This document shows positions 48,240 to 58,644 of a stretch of 64,000 bases of DNA, piece after piece. This stretch comes from an uncultured Coriobacteriaceae bacterium (GTDB lineage: Bacteria; Actinomycetota; Coriobacteriia; Coriobacteriales; Atopobiaceae). The DNA is taken from contig USBN01000004.1 in the NCBI GenBank assembly GCA_900552935.1, forward strand, positions 3,114 through 67,113, given 5' to 3'. Made by a program: the position numbers and the translations under genes. Every line of letters begins with the position of its first letter. The stretch's first letter is position 1. The notes beneath the pieces are model-generated. The model saw only the letters and a list, made by a program, of their open reading frames with translations, was not told the DNA's origin and ran no database searches.

Positions 48240-51200
48240 TGCTTATCAACCGAGTCTCTCGACAGCTGCTTTCCGCGCCGGAACTTCTCCCGGCGCTCTC
48301 CGAGCTCCGGGCCGGAAGCGATGCCACGCTGGCAGTCTCCCAGAGCGCTCGTCCGCTCGTGCTGGCGAGTGTCTGGGCGGCTGATCCGCGTCCGTGCCTG
48401 TTCGTGGTCTCCGGCGAGGAGGCGGCGGACCGCGCAGCTAAGGCTCTCTCGGCATGGCTCGGCGGAGACGTCGTCTGTCGCTACCCCGAGCGTCGTGACC
48501 TCCCCTGGAAGGCGGAGACGCCGGACTGGTCCGTCGTCGGAGCTCGTTGCGAGGCGATCGGGCGCCTGGCGACCGGCGACCCCTGCCTCGTTGTGGCGAG
48601 CGCTCGCTCGCTGCTTCGCCGCGTGCCGCCCGTGGGGTCTGGCTACTGGGCGAGCAGCACCTTCTCGGTGGGTGACGAGGTACCCTTCGAGGAGGTCGGG
48701 TCCCTGCTCGTGGGCCTCGGCTACTCCGATTCGGGCGAACTCGACGGCCCCGGCACCTTCCACATCCACGGCGACTCGGTTGACATCCACCCTGCCCAGA
48801 TGGGCACACCGGTGCGCATCGAGTTCTTCGGCGACGAGGTCGATCGCGTGAGGCGTATGGTCGCCTCCACTGGCCAGACCATCGGCGACCTCGACAGCGT
48901 GACCGTGCGCCCTTGCCGAGAGCTGGCGCTCACGGACGAGACGGTTGCCCGCGCGCGCAAGGCGCTCTGGGCGGACGCCCAGACGAGCACCAAGGTCGCC
49001 GCTGACCTCGAGCTCATCGAGGCGCGAAGCGCGGACCCCACACTCGAGCGCTATCTCGCCGCCTTCTATGGCAAGACGGCGAGTCCTCTCGAGCACGTCT
49101 GTGAGGGCGCCCTCATGTGCTTTGCCGAGCCGCGTGCCCTCTTTGACGACTGTGTGCGCGCGTCGGACGAGGTTACCCAGCTTGCGGCCAACGCCGGCGA
49201 GGAGACGGCGGGGCTCTACACTGCTCCCCGTGACCTCGACTTCGGCCGCCAGCAGCGGCTTTCGTTCGCCAGCATGTTGCGCGTGGGCTCCCAGGTCACT
49301 GCGGAGCTGCCCGTGAGGCAGCCGAGCGTCGCCGGCTCCGACACGCGCCTGCTCGGTCGCGTCCGCCAGCTTCTGAACGACGGCGCTTCCGTGCTGTTCG
49401 CCGTGCCTGACCGCGCGGCGCGCGAGCACCTCGAACTCACCTTTGGTGACGAGCGCGTCACCTTTGGCGAGGCGCTGGGCTCCGCTCCGGAGAATAGCGT
49501 GCCGGTGATGGACCCGACCGCGAACGACCTTGCGAGCGCGCCGGACCTCCCGCGCGGCCAGGTGACCTTCACTGACCTTCCCGTGCCTGCCGGCGTCATC
49601 GTGCCGTCGGCGCGCCTCGCGATTCTCTCCGTGGGCGACCTCGCGATTCGCTCCGCCAAGCGCAAGACGCGCCGCCGCGTCGATCCCACGAGCGTGACCT
49701 TCCCGTTCAAGCCCGGAGACTACGTCGTCCACGCCACGCACGGCATCGCGCTCTTCTCCGACATCGTGCGCCAGGAGGTTGCCGGCAAGGAACGCGACTA
49801 CTTCCTGCTCGAATACTCCGGCGGAGACAAGCTCTTCGTACCGCTTGAGCAGGTCGATCGCATCACGCGCTATGTTGGCCCGGACGGATCCGCGCCGCGC
49901 CTCACGCGCCTCAACACCGCGGACTGGAGCCGTGCCACCGGCAAGGCTCGCAAGAACGCCCGCCGCCTCGCCTTCGACCTCGTTGACCTCTATACGCGTC
50001 GTGCGAGCGTCCAGGGTTTTGCCTTCGCGCCGGACACGCCCGAGCAGCAAGACATGGAGGCGGAGTTCCCCTACCAGCTCACGCAGGATCAGGCCTCTGC
50101 CGTGGCGGACATCAAGTCCGACATGGAGACCGCCCGTCCGATGGACCGCCTGCTCTGCGGTGACGTGGGCTTCGGCAAGACCGAGGTAGCCCTGCGCGCC
50201 GCCTTCAAGTGCGTCGCCGAGGGCCGTCAGGTCATGGTGCTTTGCCCCACTACGATTCTCGCCCAGCAGCACTTCGAGACGTTTTTTAACCGCTTCGCAC
50301 CGTTCGACTTCGAGGTCGACGTGCTCTCGCGCTTCCGCACGCCCAAGCAGCAGAAGCTTGCCCTCGAGGGCTTTGCGAGCGGCAAGGTGAGCGTCCTCGT
50401 GGGCACCCACCGCCTGCTTTCCGCGGACGTGAATCCGCACGACCTGGGCCTCGTCATCATCGACGAGGAGCAGCGTTTCGGCGTCCAGCACAAGGAGCAG
50501 CTCAAGAACATGCGCGAGCAGGTCGACGTGCTCACACTCTCCGCCACGCCCATCCCGCGCACCATGCAGATGGCGATGAGCGGCGTGCGCGACATGAGCC
50601 TGATCATGACGCCGCCGCCGGGGCGCCTCCCCGTCAAGGTGACGGTGGGGGAGTACGACCCAGACGTCGTCTCCGCGGCCATCCGTGCGGAGCTCGCCCG
50701 TGATGGCCAGGTCTACTACGTCTCCAACCGCGTGAAGACCATCGATGAGGCCGAGGCTCGCGTGCTCGAGGCCGCGCCCGAGGCCCGCGTGGGCGTGGCG
50801 CACGGCAAGATGAGCGCCAAGCAGGTCGAGGACATGATGATGAAGTTCCAGCGCGGCGAGATCGACGTGCTGGTGGCGACCACCATCATCGAGAGCGGCA
50901 TCGACAACCCCCACAGCAACACCCTCATCATCGAGGACTCCCAGCGCTTGGGCCTGGCACAGCTCTACCAGCTCAAGGGGCGCGTCGGCCGTGGCCGCAT
51001 CCAGGCGTACGCCTACTTCATGTTCCCCGGCGAGCGTCCGCTCACGCCTGAGGCGACGGATCGCCTCATGGCGATCAACGAGTACCAGGAGCTTGGCAGC
51101 GGCATGCGCGTCGCCATGCGCGACCTCGAGATTCGCGGCGCCGGCTCGCTCGTGGGAGCGGAGCAGCACGGCAACCTCTCGAGCGTCGGCTTCGACCTGT

Positions 51201-51703
51201 TCACCCAGATGCTTGGCGAGGCCGTCGCCGAGGCGAAGGGCGAGGCAGGTGGCGAGCTCGCGCAGAGCGAGGTCAACATCAACCTGTCTGCGGACTTCTA
51301 CCTCGCAGAGGAGTACCTGCCTGAGGTCGACAAGCGCGTCCTGGTGTACCGCAAGCTCGCTGGCGCCGTGGAGCTTGCCGAGGTCGACGCGCTCGAGCAA
51401 GTGTGCGAGCGCGACTTCGGCGCGATGCCTGCCGCCGCGAAGAACCTCTTCGACCGCGCGCGCATCCGCATCCGCTCCCAGCGCCTGGGCGTCACGAGCG
51501 TCACGCTCACGAGTGGCCGCATCATCTACCTGGGCCTCAAGTGCTCTCGCGACCTTACGCTCAAGTTCAAGGCACGTGGGGCGATCATCTATCCCAAGAC
51601 CGAGAAGGTCGCCTACCCCTTCAAGCGCGGTGCCGAGGATCTCGTCGCCTGCGCCCTGGCCGTGCTCGAGGAGGCCGGTGGCGATGACGAGCCAGAAGAA
51701 TAA
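48239..51703 (+). CDS. mfd: Transcription-repair coupling factor
   Basis: GDYVVH RID domain, CGDVGFGKTEV, DEEQRFG, QLKGRVGR and DLEIRGAG motifs; GTG start overlaps the previous stop. Confidence 0.97.
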   Translation: MLINRVSRQLLSAPELLPALSELRAGSDATLAVSQSARPLVLASVWAADPRPCLFVVSGEEAADRAAKALSAWLGGDVVCRYPERRDLPWKAETPDWSVVGARCEAIGRLATGDPCLVVASARSLLRRVPPVGSGYWASSTFSVGDEVPFEEVGSLLVGLGYSDSGELDGPGTFHIHGDSVDIHPAQMGTPVRIEFFGDEVDRVRRMVASTGQTIGDLDSVTVRPCRELALTDETVARARKALWADAQTSTKVAADLELIEARSADPTLERYLAAFYGKTASPLEHVCEGALMCFAEPRALFDDCVRASDEVTQLAANAGEETAGLYTAPRDLDFGRQQRLSFASMLRVGSQVTAELPVRQPSVAGSDTRLLGRVRQLLNDGASVLFAVPDRAAREHLELTFGDERVTFGEALGSAPENSVPVMDPTANDLASAPDLPRGQVTFTDLPVPAGVIVPSARLAILSVGDLAIRSAKRKTRRRVDPTSVTFPFKPGDYVVHATHGIALFSDIVRQEVAGKERDYFLLEYSGGDKLFVPLEQVDRITRYVGPDGSAPRLTRLNTADWSRATGKARKNARRLAFDLVDLYTRRASVQGFAFAPDTPEQQDMEAEFPYQLTQDQASAVADIKSDMETARPMDRLLCGDVGFGKTEVALRAAFKCVAEGRQVMVLCPTTILAQQHFETFFNRFAPFDFEVDVLSRFRTPKQQKLALEGFASGKVSVLVGTHRLLSADVNPHDLGLVIIDEEQRFGVQHKEQLKNMREQVDVLTLSATPIPRTMQMAMSGVRDMSLIMTPPPGRLPVKVTVGEYDPDVVSAAIRAELARDGQVYYVSNRVKTIDEAEARVLEAAPEARVGVAHGKMSAKQVEDMMMKFQRGEIDVLVATTIIESGIDNPHSNTLIIEDSQRLGLAQLYQLKGRVGRGRIQAYAYFMFPGERPLTPEATDRLMAINEYQELGSGMRVAMRDLEIRGAGSLVGAEQHGNLSSVGFDLFTQMLGEAVAEAKGEAGGELAQSEVNINLSADFYLAEEYLPEVDKRVLVYRKLAGAVELAEVDALEQVCERDFGAMPAAAKNLFDRARIRIRSQRLGVTSVTLTSGRIIYLGLKCSRDLTLKFKARGAIIYPKTEKVAYPFKRGAEDLVACALAVLEEAGGDDEPEE

Positions 51704-51775
51704 TCGCTGGTGAGGACTCTGGCACCATGCCAAGGCCTCGCCAAGACCCATCCCTTCGAACGAACGGAGAAGATC

Positions 51776-52861
51776 ATGGCCGAGAACAGTTCGAACACCC
51801 CAATCGATGCGGCTGCCGCTGCGGAGGCCGCCTTTGTCGAGGTCGCCGGCAAGCCCTTCCCCTCGGATGTCTTTACCGCGCCCGAGCTGCGCTGGGCCGT
51901 CATCGGTTGCGGTGTCATCGCGAACCAGATGGCGAAGTCGTTCGCACTCGCGGGCCGCAAGCTCGCCGGCGTCCAGAATCGCACGCGGGTCAAGGCGGAG
52001 GAGTTCGCCGAGCGCTGGGGCGTCGCGCGCGTCTATGACACGCCGGAGGAGCTCTATGCCGACCCTGACATCGACGCCATCTACATCACGACGCCCCATA
52101 ACACGCATACCAAGTATCTCCGCGGCGCCCTTGGCTCGGGCAAGCACGTGTTGTGCGAGAAGTCCATCACGCTGAACTCCGAGGAGCTCGCTGAGGCGCT
52201 GACGATCGCGGACGCCAACCACGTTCAGCTCGTCGATGCCACCACCATCCTGCACATGCCCCTCTACCGCGAGATCATCCGCCGCGCCATGGCGGGCGAG
52301 TTCGGCCAGATGAACCTGGCACAGATTAACTTCGGCTCCTACAAGGAGTTCGATCCCAAATCGCGCTTCTACAACCGCGATCTCGCGGGCGGCGCCCTGC
52401 TCGACATCGGCGTCTATGCGATTACCCTCGCGCGCCTGTTCATGATGAGCCTGCCGGAGGACGTGCTCTCGATTGCCAATGCCTGCTCCACGGGCGTCGA
52501 CGTCACGAGCGGCATCGTGCTGCGCAATCCCGACATGCAGATGGCCACCATCACGCTGTCGCTCCACTCGAAGCAGCCCAAGCGCGCCGTCCTCTCGTTT
52601 GACGACTGCTACATCGAGGTCACGGACTACCCGCGCGCATGCCGCGCCACCATCGTCTGGACGGCCGATGGCCGCCGCGAGGAGATTCGTGCGGGTGAGG
52701 AGGCCTACGCGCTGTGTTACGAGGCCGCGAACCTCGAGCGCGCCGTGGCCGGAGACCAGGTCGAGCAGAATATGATTGCCTACACCGTTGACGTCATGGC
52801 CATCATGACGATGCTCCGTCGCCAGTGGGGCATTCGCTACCCCGAGGAAGAGCGGGCGTAA
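51776..52861 (+). CDS. Gfo/Idh/MocA-family oxidoreductase
   Basis: IGCGVIA, KHVLCEKS and GGALLDIGVY motifs. Confidence 0.92.
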   Translation: MAENSSNTPIDAAAAAEAAFVEVAGKPFPSDVFTAPELRWAVIGCGVIANQMAKSFALAGRKLAGVQNRTRVKAEEFAERWGVARVYDTPEELYADPDIDAIYITTPHNTHTKYLRGALGSGKHVLCEKSITLNSEELAEALTIADANHVQLVDATTILHMPLYREIIRRAMAGEFGQMNLAQINFGSYKEFDPKSRFYNRDLAGGALLDIGVYAITLARLFMMSLPEDVLSIANACSTGVDVTSGIVLRNPDMQMATITLSLHSKQPKRAVLSFDDCYIEVTDYPRACRATIVWTADGRREEIRAGEEAYALCYEAANLERAVAGDQVEQNMIAYTVDVMAIMTMLRRQWGIRYPEEERA

Positions 52862-53005
52862 AACAGCTCCGCGAGCGGCGGCCGCACGCGCTTTGCCGCC
52901 GTCGCTTCTTTGGCATGGTGGGGCGTAAGCGCTCTGTCAGGAGTCGGCGTCTTTTCAGACTCGAGCGCTACACTTGGGCAAAACCAAGGGAGAGAAAGAA
53001 GAAAC

Positions 53006-54925
53006 ATGACTGCTGCTAATATCGCGTCGTTCATTCGAGGCGCCCGCCACCTCATCTACCGTCCCGATGGCCTCGTGAGGCCGTCGCGTATGTCGAACAA
53101 GCAGGCGGAGGCCGCGGCAGCCGCCGGTCGCGAGCGAGCCGCGAGCTATACCGCTGGTGCCACGATCAACCTCGTGACCACGGGGGACGAAGTCTCGTTC
53201 GACCTATCCATCATCGAGGGCATCCACTTCGAGAGCAACTCGGTGCGCGAGACCATCGAGCTCGCTCGCGCCGCCGGCGATGACCGCGCTCCCGAGGAGG
53301 GTGTGGTCGACGGCATCGACCTCGTCGTCGACGGCGCCTACGTGAAGACCGCCCCCGTCCGTGAGGGCACGGTCACGCTCGAGTTCGAGAATCCCTCCCA
53401 TGCGCCCGCTTCGGTCACGATCTACCTGCCCTGCCTCATGAACGTCGCGGTGGGCAACCTCTCCACCAACGGCAGCCTCGAGCAGCCTGCCGAGCGCGGC
53501 TACTTCCTTGTGCTCGGAGACTCGATCACCCAGGGCTACGTCGTGGGTAGGCCGAGCGCGTCCTGGCCGGCGGAGGTCTCCCGCGCCCTTGGCCTTGACC
53601 TCATGAACCAGGCCATCGCGGGCCATCACTTCGACGACCGCACCCTGCGCGGCATGAAGGCCTTCCGCGAGAACCCGCCTGCGGCGATCATCGTCGCCTA
53701 TGGCACCAACGATTGGGCCCATACCGAGCGAGAGCGCGACCTCGTGGAGAATATGACCAAGTATCTCCAGAGGCTCGTCGACAAGTTCCCCGATACGCCC
53801 ATCTTCGCCGTGAGCCCCATCTGGCGCGCGGACGTCGGCAGCGAGCAACCTCACGGCCGCACCCTCGCGTGGGTGCGCAGCGTCATGTGCGACGAGTGCG
53901 CGCGTCTTGGCATCGAGTACATCGATGGTGCGGAGCTTGTCGCCGCGGATCCCGCGCTCTATGCGGACGGCAGGCTCCACCCCAACGCCGATGGCGCCCA
54001 TCTCATGGCCGAGGGCATCCTTCGCGCCCTCGAGGAGCGTGGGCTCGTCGTCGCTCTTGGCGGCCGCCACGATGAGCCTCGCGAGCTTGCGGATGCCCAG
54101 ACACTGCTCCGCTCGGACGCTCCGCGCGACCAGCGCGAACTCGAGCAGGCTGTGAGGACGATCTGGCGCCTTCGCCAGAACGATGGCTGCCCTTGGGATA
54201 GGGAACAGACCCACGCGAGTATCGCGAAGAACATGATCGAGGAGGCCTACGAGGCGGTCGACGCGATTGAAGCCGGTGACGCCGCGCACCTGCGCGAGGA
54301 GCTTGGCGACGTGCTCATGCAAGTCCTCCTCCACGCCCAGATTGCCGAGGATGCCGGCGAGTTCACCTTTGCCGATGTCTGCCGCGACCTCGACGACAAG
54401 CTCGTCCGCAGGCATCCGCACGTGTTTGGCTCCGGCGTGGCCGCGCATGACTCCGCCGAGGTGCTCGACATCTGGAGCAAGGTGAAGCTTGACGAGCGCC
54501 GCGACGCGGAGCAGTCCGGCTCGACCTCGAGCCTGCTCGACGCCGTCCCTCGCGCGCTTCCCGCCCTCATGCAGGCGCAGAAGATCTCGAAGAAGGCTGC
54601 CAACTGCGGCTTTGACTGGGAGACCACGGCCGACGTCTGGGCCAAGGTCGATGAGGAGCGCGCGGAGTTCGCCGCTGAGGAGACGGGTTCCGAGGGTGCG
54701 CTCGAGGAGTTCGGCGACGTGCTGTTCTCCGTCGTGAACGTTGCCCGCAAGGAGCACATCGATGCCGAGACGGCGCTGAGGCGTAGCTGCGAGAAGTTCC
54801 GCGAGCGTTGGGCCGCTATGGAGAAGGCCGCCGCCGAGAAGGACCAGTCGCTCGCCGACGTCTCTCGTGAAGAGCTTGAGCAGCTCTGGGCCGAAGCGAA
54901 GAGGGCGGGTAGGTCTGACTCCTAA
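53006..54925 (+). CDS. mazG: SGNH/GDSL hydrolase fused to MazG nucleoside triphosphate pyrophosphohydrolase
   Basis: GDSITQG, YGTND and DGRLHP (SGNH), then GCPWDREQT, EEAYE, EELGD, KLVRRHPHVF and EEFGD (tandem MazG domains). Confidence 0.9.
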   Translation: MTAANIASFIRGARHLIYRPDGLVRPSRMSNKQAEAAAAAGRERAASYTAGATINLVTTGDEVSFDLSIIEGIHFESNSVRETIELARAAGDDRAPEEGVVDGIDLVVDGAYVKTAPVREGTVTLEFENPSHAPASVTIYLPCLMNVAVGNLSTNGSLEQPAERGYFLVLGDSITQGYVVGRPSASWPAEVSRALGLDLMNQAIAGHHFDDRTLRGMKAFRENPPAAIIVAYGTNDWAHTERERDLVENMTKYLQRLVDKFPDTPIFAVSPIWRADVGSEQPHGRTLAWVRSVMCDECARLGIEYIDGAELVAADPALYADGRLHPNADGAHLMAEGILRALEERGLVVALGGRHDEPRELADAQTLLRSDAPRDQRELEQAVRTIWRLRQNDGCPWDREQTHASIAKNMIEEAYEAVDAIEAGDAAHLREELGDVLMQVLLHAQIAEDAGEFTFADVCRDLDDKLVRRHPHVFGSGVAAHDSAEVLDIWSKVKLDERRDAEQSGSTSSLLDAVPRALPALMQAQKISKKAANCGFDWETTADVWAKVDEERAEFAAEETGSEGALEEFGDVLFSVVNVARKEHIDAETALRRSCEKFRERWAAMEKAAAEKDQSLADVSREELEQLWAEAKRAGRSDS

Positions 54926-55007
54926 TCTGTCATAATCGATAGAACGCGTAGGCGCGACCATAACCGCAACATGTGCCCAAACACAGCAGAAACGAAGCAG
55001 ACGCCAC

Positions 55008-55793
55008 ATGAGTGCAAGTAATTCCATTGTCCTAGGACGTTATAACCGCACGAACACCCGTGCCTCCTCTGGCTACGGGCGCTCCTCAAGTGCGTCGAAC
55101 CCGAGCTTCAGCTCTTACGAGGGTCGCCGCTCGCGTGAATCGGCGGGCTCCGGCTCGCGAGAGAGCCGTCGCGCGTCCTCCAGCGGCACCTCCGCAGCGT
55201 ATCGCGACGCACCGCGTCGAGAGCGCGCTCGCGGTGTCGTCGCCGCGAACAAGCCGTCCCGCGAGGCCTCCTCTCGTGGCCGTTCGGTGTCCGGCCACGC
55301 CGCGTCCGAGGCCCGTCGGCGCACCGCGGGGGAGGGCGAGGGCGGTCGCCGCGCCGCGAACGTCGTCTCGCGGGCACAGGGAATACTCGCCTGGGCGATG
55401 GAGCATCGTGCCCTTTCCATCGCGCTCGTTGTCATCGTGGCGCTTGTGCTCATGCTCTATCCGCCGATCAAGGCTCTCTATGGAGCATCGCGCACCAACG
55501 CGCTTCTCTCGACCCAGCTCAGTTCCATCACCGCCACCAACGACACCCTCCAGGGAGAGGTCGATAACCTCATGACCCGCGAGGGCATCGAGGACGAGGC
55601 TCGTCGTCGCGGCTATGTGGCGGAGGGCGATACGCCGGTAGACATGTCGGGTGTCGAGGATTCCGGCGGTGCTTCGAGTGATTCGACCGTCTCGACGGAC
55701 GAGTCCGCCCCGGCGGCAAGCGACCCCTGGTACGTCTCCGCCCTTGACTTCATCTTTGGATACAACCCCGCCGATCAGGGGGTTTCCCAGTGA
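55008..55793 (+). CDS. Septum formation initiator (DivIC/FtsB family)
   Basis: Ser/Arg-rich N-terminus, TM helix, coiled coil ending in GIEDEARRRGYV; lies next to ppx. Confidence 0.8.
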   Translation: MSASNSIVLGRYNRTNTRASSGYGRSSSASNPSFSSYEGRRSRESAGSGSRESRRASSSGTSAAYRDAPRRERARGVVAANKPSREASSRGRSVSGHAASEARRRTAGEGEGGRRAANVVSRAQGILAWAMEHRALSIALVVIVALVLMLYPPIKALYGASRTNALLSTQLSSITATNDTLQGEVDNLMTREGIEDEARRRGYVAEGDTPVDMSGVEDSGGASSDSTVSTDESAPAASDPWYVSALDFIFGYNPADQGVSQ

Positions 55794-56773
55794 GCCGCGT
55801 TGCCGTTATCGATATAGGCACCGTGACGGCGCGTCTTGGCGTCGCTGACGTCGCGGCCTCGCGCGTCGAGCGCTGCGCCAAGACGTCGGCCATCTGCAGC
55901 CTTGGCGAGGGCGTTGCCGAGACGGGCATGCTTCGCGAGGATGCGTGCGCGCGCGTGCTTTCGTGCGTTGATGGCTATCTGGCCCAGGCTCGCGAGTCTG
56001 GTGCCGAGGTGGCGTGCTGCACGCTCACGAGCGCCGCGCGAGACGCCGCGAATTCGAATGTGCTGCTTGATGGCCTCGCGGAGCGCGGTATCGTCGCTCA
56101 GGTCATTCCCGGCGAGGTGGAGGGATCGCTCACGTTCCTCGGCGTGGCCCAGGACTTTCGGGCGTCGCGCATCGTCGTTGCGGATAACGGCGGCGGGTCG
56201 ACCGAGGTGGCCGTGGGGGTGCTCGATGGCGTGCGACCCGGTGTGACGCTTGAGGCCGTGCGTTCGCTGGATGTGGGCTGTCGCCGCGTGACGGACCTCT
56301 TCCTCTCTCGCGAGGATCCACCCTTGGCCACTGCGCTGGAGGAGGCTCGCGCGTTCTGTCGCGAGGCTTTCGAATCCGGCCTCCCCGGCGAGGCGCGCGA
56401 TCCGGAGCGCCTTGTCTGCGTGGGCGGTACGGTCACGACGCTTGTCGCCATCGACGCGAGACTCGACCCCTATGACCCGGCGTTCGTCCATCTTCAAACG
56501 CTTACGCTTGACGAGGTGGATGAGCTGGTCGGGCGGCTTGCCTCGCTTCCTCTGGAGCAGCGCCGCGGGGTCGTGGGCCTGCAGCCCAAGCGCGCCGGCG
56601 TGATTTTGGCGGGTGCCGTTTGCGTGAGCGAGCTCATGCGCGCGTGCCATGCCCGCGAGCTCACCGTGAGCGAGAGCGACTTGCTCTACGGCCTGTCGCT
56701 CTCCGCGGCTGCGGCGGCGGATGGGATTGCCGCCCCAGTTTCTTGGACGCCGCAACTCTTCTCTTTGCGCTAA
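55790..56773 (+). CDS. Ppx/GppA-family phosphatase
   Basis: VIDIGT, TSAARDA, DNGGGSTE and VGGTVTT motifs. Confidence 0.92.
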   Translation: MSRVAVIDIGTVTARLGVADVAASRVERCAKTSAICSLGEGVAETGMLREDACARVLSCVDGYLAQARESGAEVACCTLTSAARDAANSNVLLDGLAERGIVAQVIPGEVEGSLTFLGVAQDFRASRIVVADNGGGSTEVAVGVLDGVRPGVTLEAVRSLDVGCRRVTDLFLSREDPPLATALEEARAFCREAFESGLPGEARDPERLVCVGGTVTTLVAIDARLDPYDPAFVHLQTLTLDEVDELVGRLASLPLEQRRGVVGLQPKRAGVILAGAVCVSELMRACHARELTVSESDLLYGLSLSAAAAADGIAAPVSWTPQLFSLR

Positions 56774-56862
56774 GGTAGTCAGCGCGCGACTTTGCGGCAT
56801 GACGCGTGACGGCGCGATAAGGGTGCCAAGCACTCTCACGTGACGATGGTGCCACATGATAT

Positions 56863-56947
56863 GGGGGCGTGGCGGAATTGGCAGACGCAGGGGCCTTAAA
56901 AGCCCTCGCCGGAAGGCTTGTGGGTTCGAACCCCACCGCCCCTACCA
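56863..56947 (+). tRNA. tRNA-Leu(TAA)
   Basis: GGGGGCG/CGCCCCT acceptor stem, TAA anticodon, long variable arm and CCA; terminator hairpin at about 56953-56993. Confidence 0.96.
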
Positions 56948-57074
56948 GATGAAAAAAGCGGGACGACGGCTCTGTGGCTGTCGTCCCGCTTTCCATGAGG
57001 AGCGAGTCTTGGGAACGCGCGCTTGCTGGCTCTGGTGTGGGCGCCGCGCTCCCGTTGTCAGCGCCGGGCGCGGG

Positions 57075-57389
57075 CTAAGAGCAAACCGACGTGCGAGCGC
57101 GGCTGGGTGCGCGCATGAGCGCGAGCAGGGAGCGCTCTGACGCGCTGGCGTCGCCTCCCGTGAGGAACGGCGTGCCGTTCACGTACGGGATATCGAGGGT
57201 GCCGGGGATGAGCGTGACGGCGATGAGGAAGTCGTGCGACTCGGCGAGCGCCGGGACATCGGCCATCTTGCACGGGGTGACGTCATAGGTGCCGGCGAAC
57301 CCGTGAGAATCGAGAATCTGGCAGACGCGATCGCGTACCGCAGACGAGGTGCAAATGCCCGTGCCGCAGGCCATGAGGATGTGCTTCAT
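57075..57389 (-). CDS. Orphan PTS EIIB (galactitol/ascorbate type)
   Basis: ILMACGTGICTS P-loop with active-site Cys, 104 aa. Confidence 0.85.
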   Translation of the reverse strand: MKHILMACGTGICTSSAVRDRVCQILDSHGFAGTYDVTPCKMADVPALAESHDFLIAVTLIPGTLDIPYVNGTPFLTGGDASASERSLLALMRAPSRARTSVCS

Positions 57390-57622
57390 TGCCGTCCTTC
57401 TAAAACGACAGATACCTGGCGACTCGTGGAGGTGTGATTGCGAGTTCGTTTATGGCGTGGCACGTGCGCACAGGCGTAAATACAATTCGACAAGCGCGTA
57501 CTTTAGCCGTTTCTCTCCCGTTTGTGTAGGGGTTTATTTGCGCGGGCCGCTGCCGTTCGCCGAATCGTGCGAGGACGGAAAGACCAATGTCTGGGCCTGG
57601 TGGGTCGAGCGCGGATGAGCTC

Positions 57623-58318
57623 TTAGCGAATCTTGCCAACAAACAGCAGGTAGGAATAGGCGTACATCGCGATGCATCCCCCAAGGCAGACCACGCTGAT
57701 CGCCGCTGCAGCAACAGCGTCCGTGAGGTAGGGTCCCGCGAAGCCAAATGCTGCGACGGCAATTCCCATAAGCACGAAACACTTGCCACCAAAGCGCTGG
57801 GTACGGCGCCAGTTCTCCGGGTCCTTGAGGGCCCAGGGAGTCTTCGCGCCCATCGTGTAGTTCTGGCCGATACGGGGCATGTAGTTGCCGATGCCGACGA
57901 GCAGAGCGCCAATCAGCACGGAGACGATGACGTTCGTGGAGCCCTTGGCCGCTATCGCGCCCCAGACGGTAAGCTCGGGAAGCCAGCTGATGACGATCGT
58001 GAGCAGGGTAAAGCCGACAACGAAGCGCTGGTAGAACTTCCCGGCGCGGGCATAGCCATTGCCTCTGGGATCGATGCGTGGAATCACGTAGAAGAGGACG
58101 AGCATCCCGAGGGGCAGTGCGCCCAAGGCGGCTGCCGTCCAGCTTGGCCCCCAGCCGTTGACCTCGCCGCTCGCACCCCAATGGGTGGGAATTTGTGCGG
58201 GCAAGCTTGGGAGCGCGATGAGGTGCGCGATGACGTTCGCGCCGGAAAGTACGGCGAGCGCGATGAGGCAGTTGCGTGAGATGAGGCCGTGGGTGCTGTC
58301 GTTGTTGGCGCTATTCAT
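57623..58318 (-). CDS. SdpI-family immunity membrane protein (DUF1648 + SdpI)
   Basis: LPAQIPTHWG, GNYMPR..NYTMG.KTPWAL and WRRTQRFGG motifs. Confidence 0.88.
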   Translation of the reverse strand: MNSANNDSTHGLISRNCLIALAVLSGANVIAHLIALPSLPAQIPTHWGASGEVNGWGPSWTAAALGALPLGMLVLFYVIPRIDPRGNGYARAGKFYQRFVVGFTLLTIVISWLPELTVWGAIAAKGSTNVIVSVLIGALLVGIGNYMPRIGQNYTMGAKTPWALKDPENWRRTQRFGGKCFVLMGIAVAAFGFAGPYLTDAVAAAAISVVCLGGCIAMYAYSYLLFVGKIR

Positions 58319-58580
58319 GAGAGTCCTCCGTGAAGCCAAGGAACCAACCAATCAGGTCCTGCATGACGGTGGTGTTGAGGCTATAGACGATGTTCTGGTC
58401 GTGGCGCTCGTCTGTGACGAGGCCGGCAGCCTTGAGCGTTGCCAGGTGGTGGCTGAGTGTTGGCTTGCTAACGTCAAAGTTATTGGCGAGCTCACCCGCC
58501 GTGAGGTTGCCCGACTTGAGTAGCTCGAGAATGCGTCTGCGCGTCGGGTCGGCGAGCGCCTTGAATCCCTCTCCTGCCAT
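58311..58580 (-). CDS. SdpR-like ArsR-family repressor
   Basis: FKALADPTRRRIL, SKPTLSHHL and YSLNTTV motifs; overlaps the sdpI-like gene. Confidence 0.9.
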   Translation of the reverse strand: MAGEGFKALADPTRRRILELLKSGNLTAGELANNFDVSKPTLSHHLATLKAAGLVTDERHDQNIVYSLNTTVMQDLIGWFLGFTEDSHE

Positions 58581-58619
58581 AACGCCTCCTTGGTGAGGTG
58601 TTCGTATTCCTCTCGGCAA

Positions 58620-58644
58620 TTAGATAGTTAGACAAACATCTAAC
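58620..58644. promoter_or_regulatory. Putative autorepressor operator
   Basis: Palindrome GTTAGA-N6-TCTAAC (58627-58644) plus an adjacent TTAGA half-site, about 45 bp upstream of the ArsR start. Confidence 0.6.

Noticed and set aside
48236..52567. 1443-aa minus-strand ORF and similar long antisense ORFs (e.g. 40971-43229, 61617-63686)
   Set aside because: Antisense mirrors of well-supported high-GC genes, with no recognisable motifs.
56863..56947. bldA-like regulation by tRNA-Leu(TAA), or prophage integration at the tRNAs
   Set aside because: This is the normal position after ppx; no integrase or duplicated tRNA 3' end was seen at any of the three tRNAs.
57075..57389. Orphan EIIB as the missing partner of the EIIC at 16768-17895
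   Set aside because: Different PTS families (Gat/Ula-type EIIB versus glucose-superfamily EIIC) and 40 kb apart.
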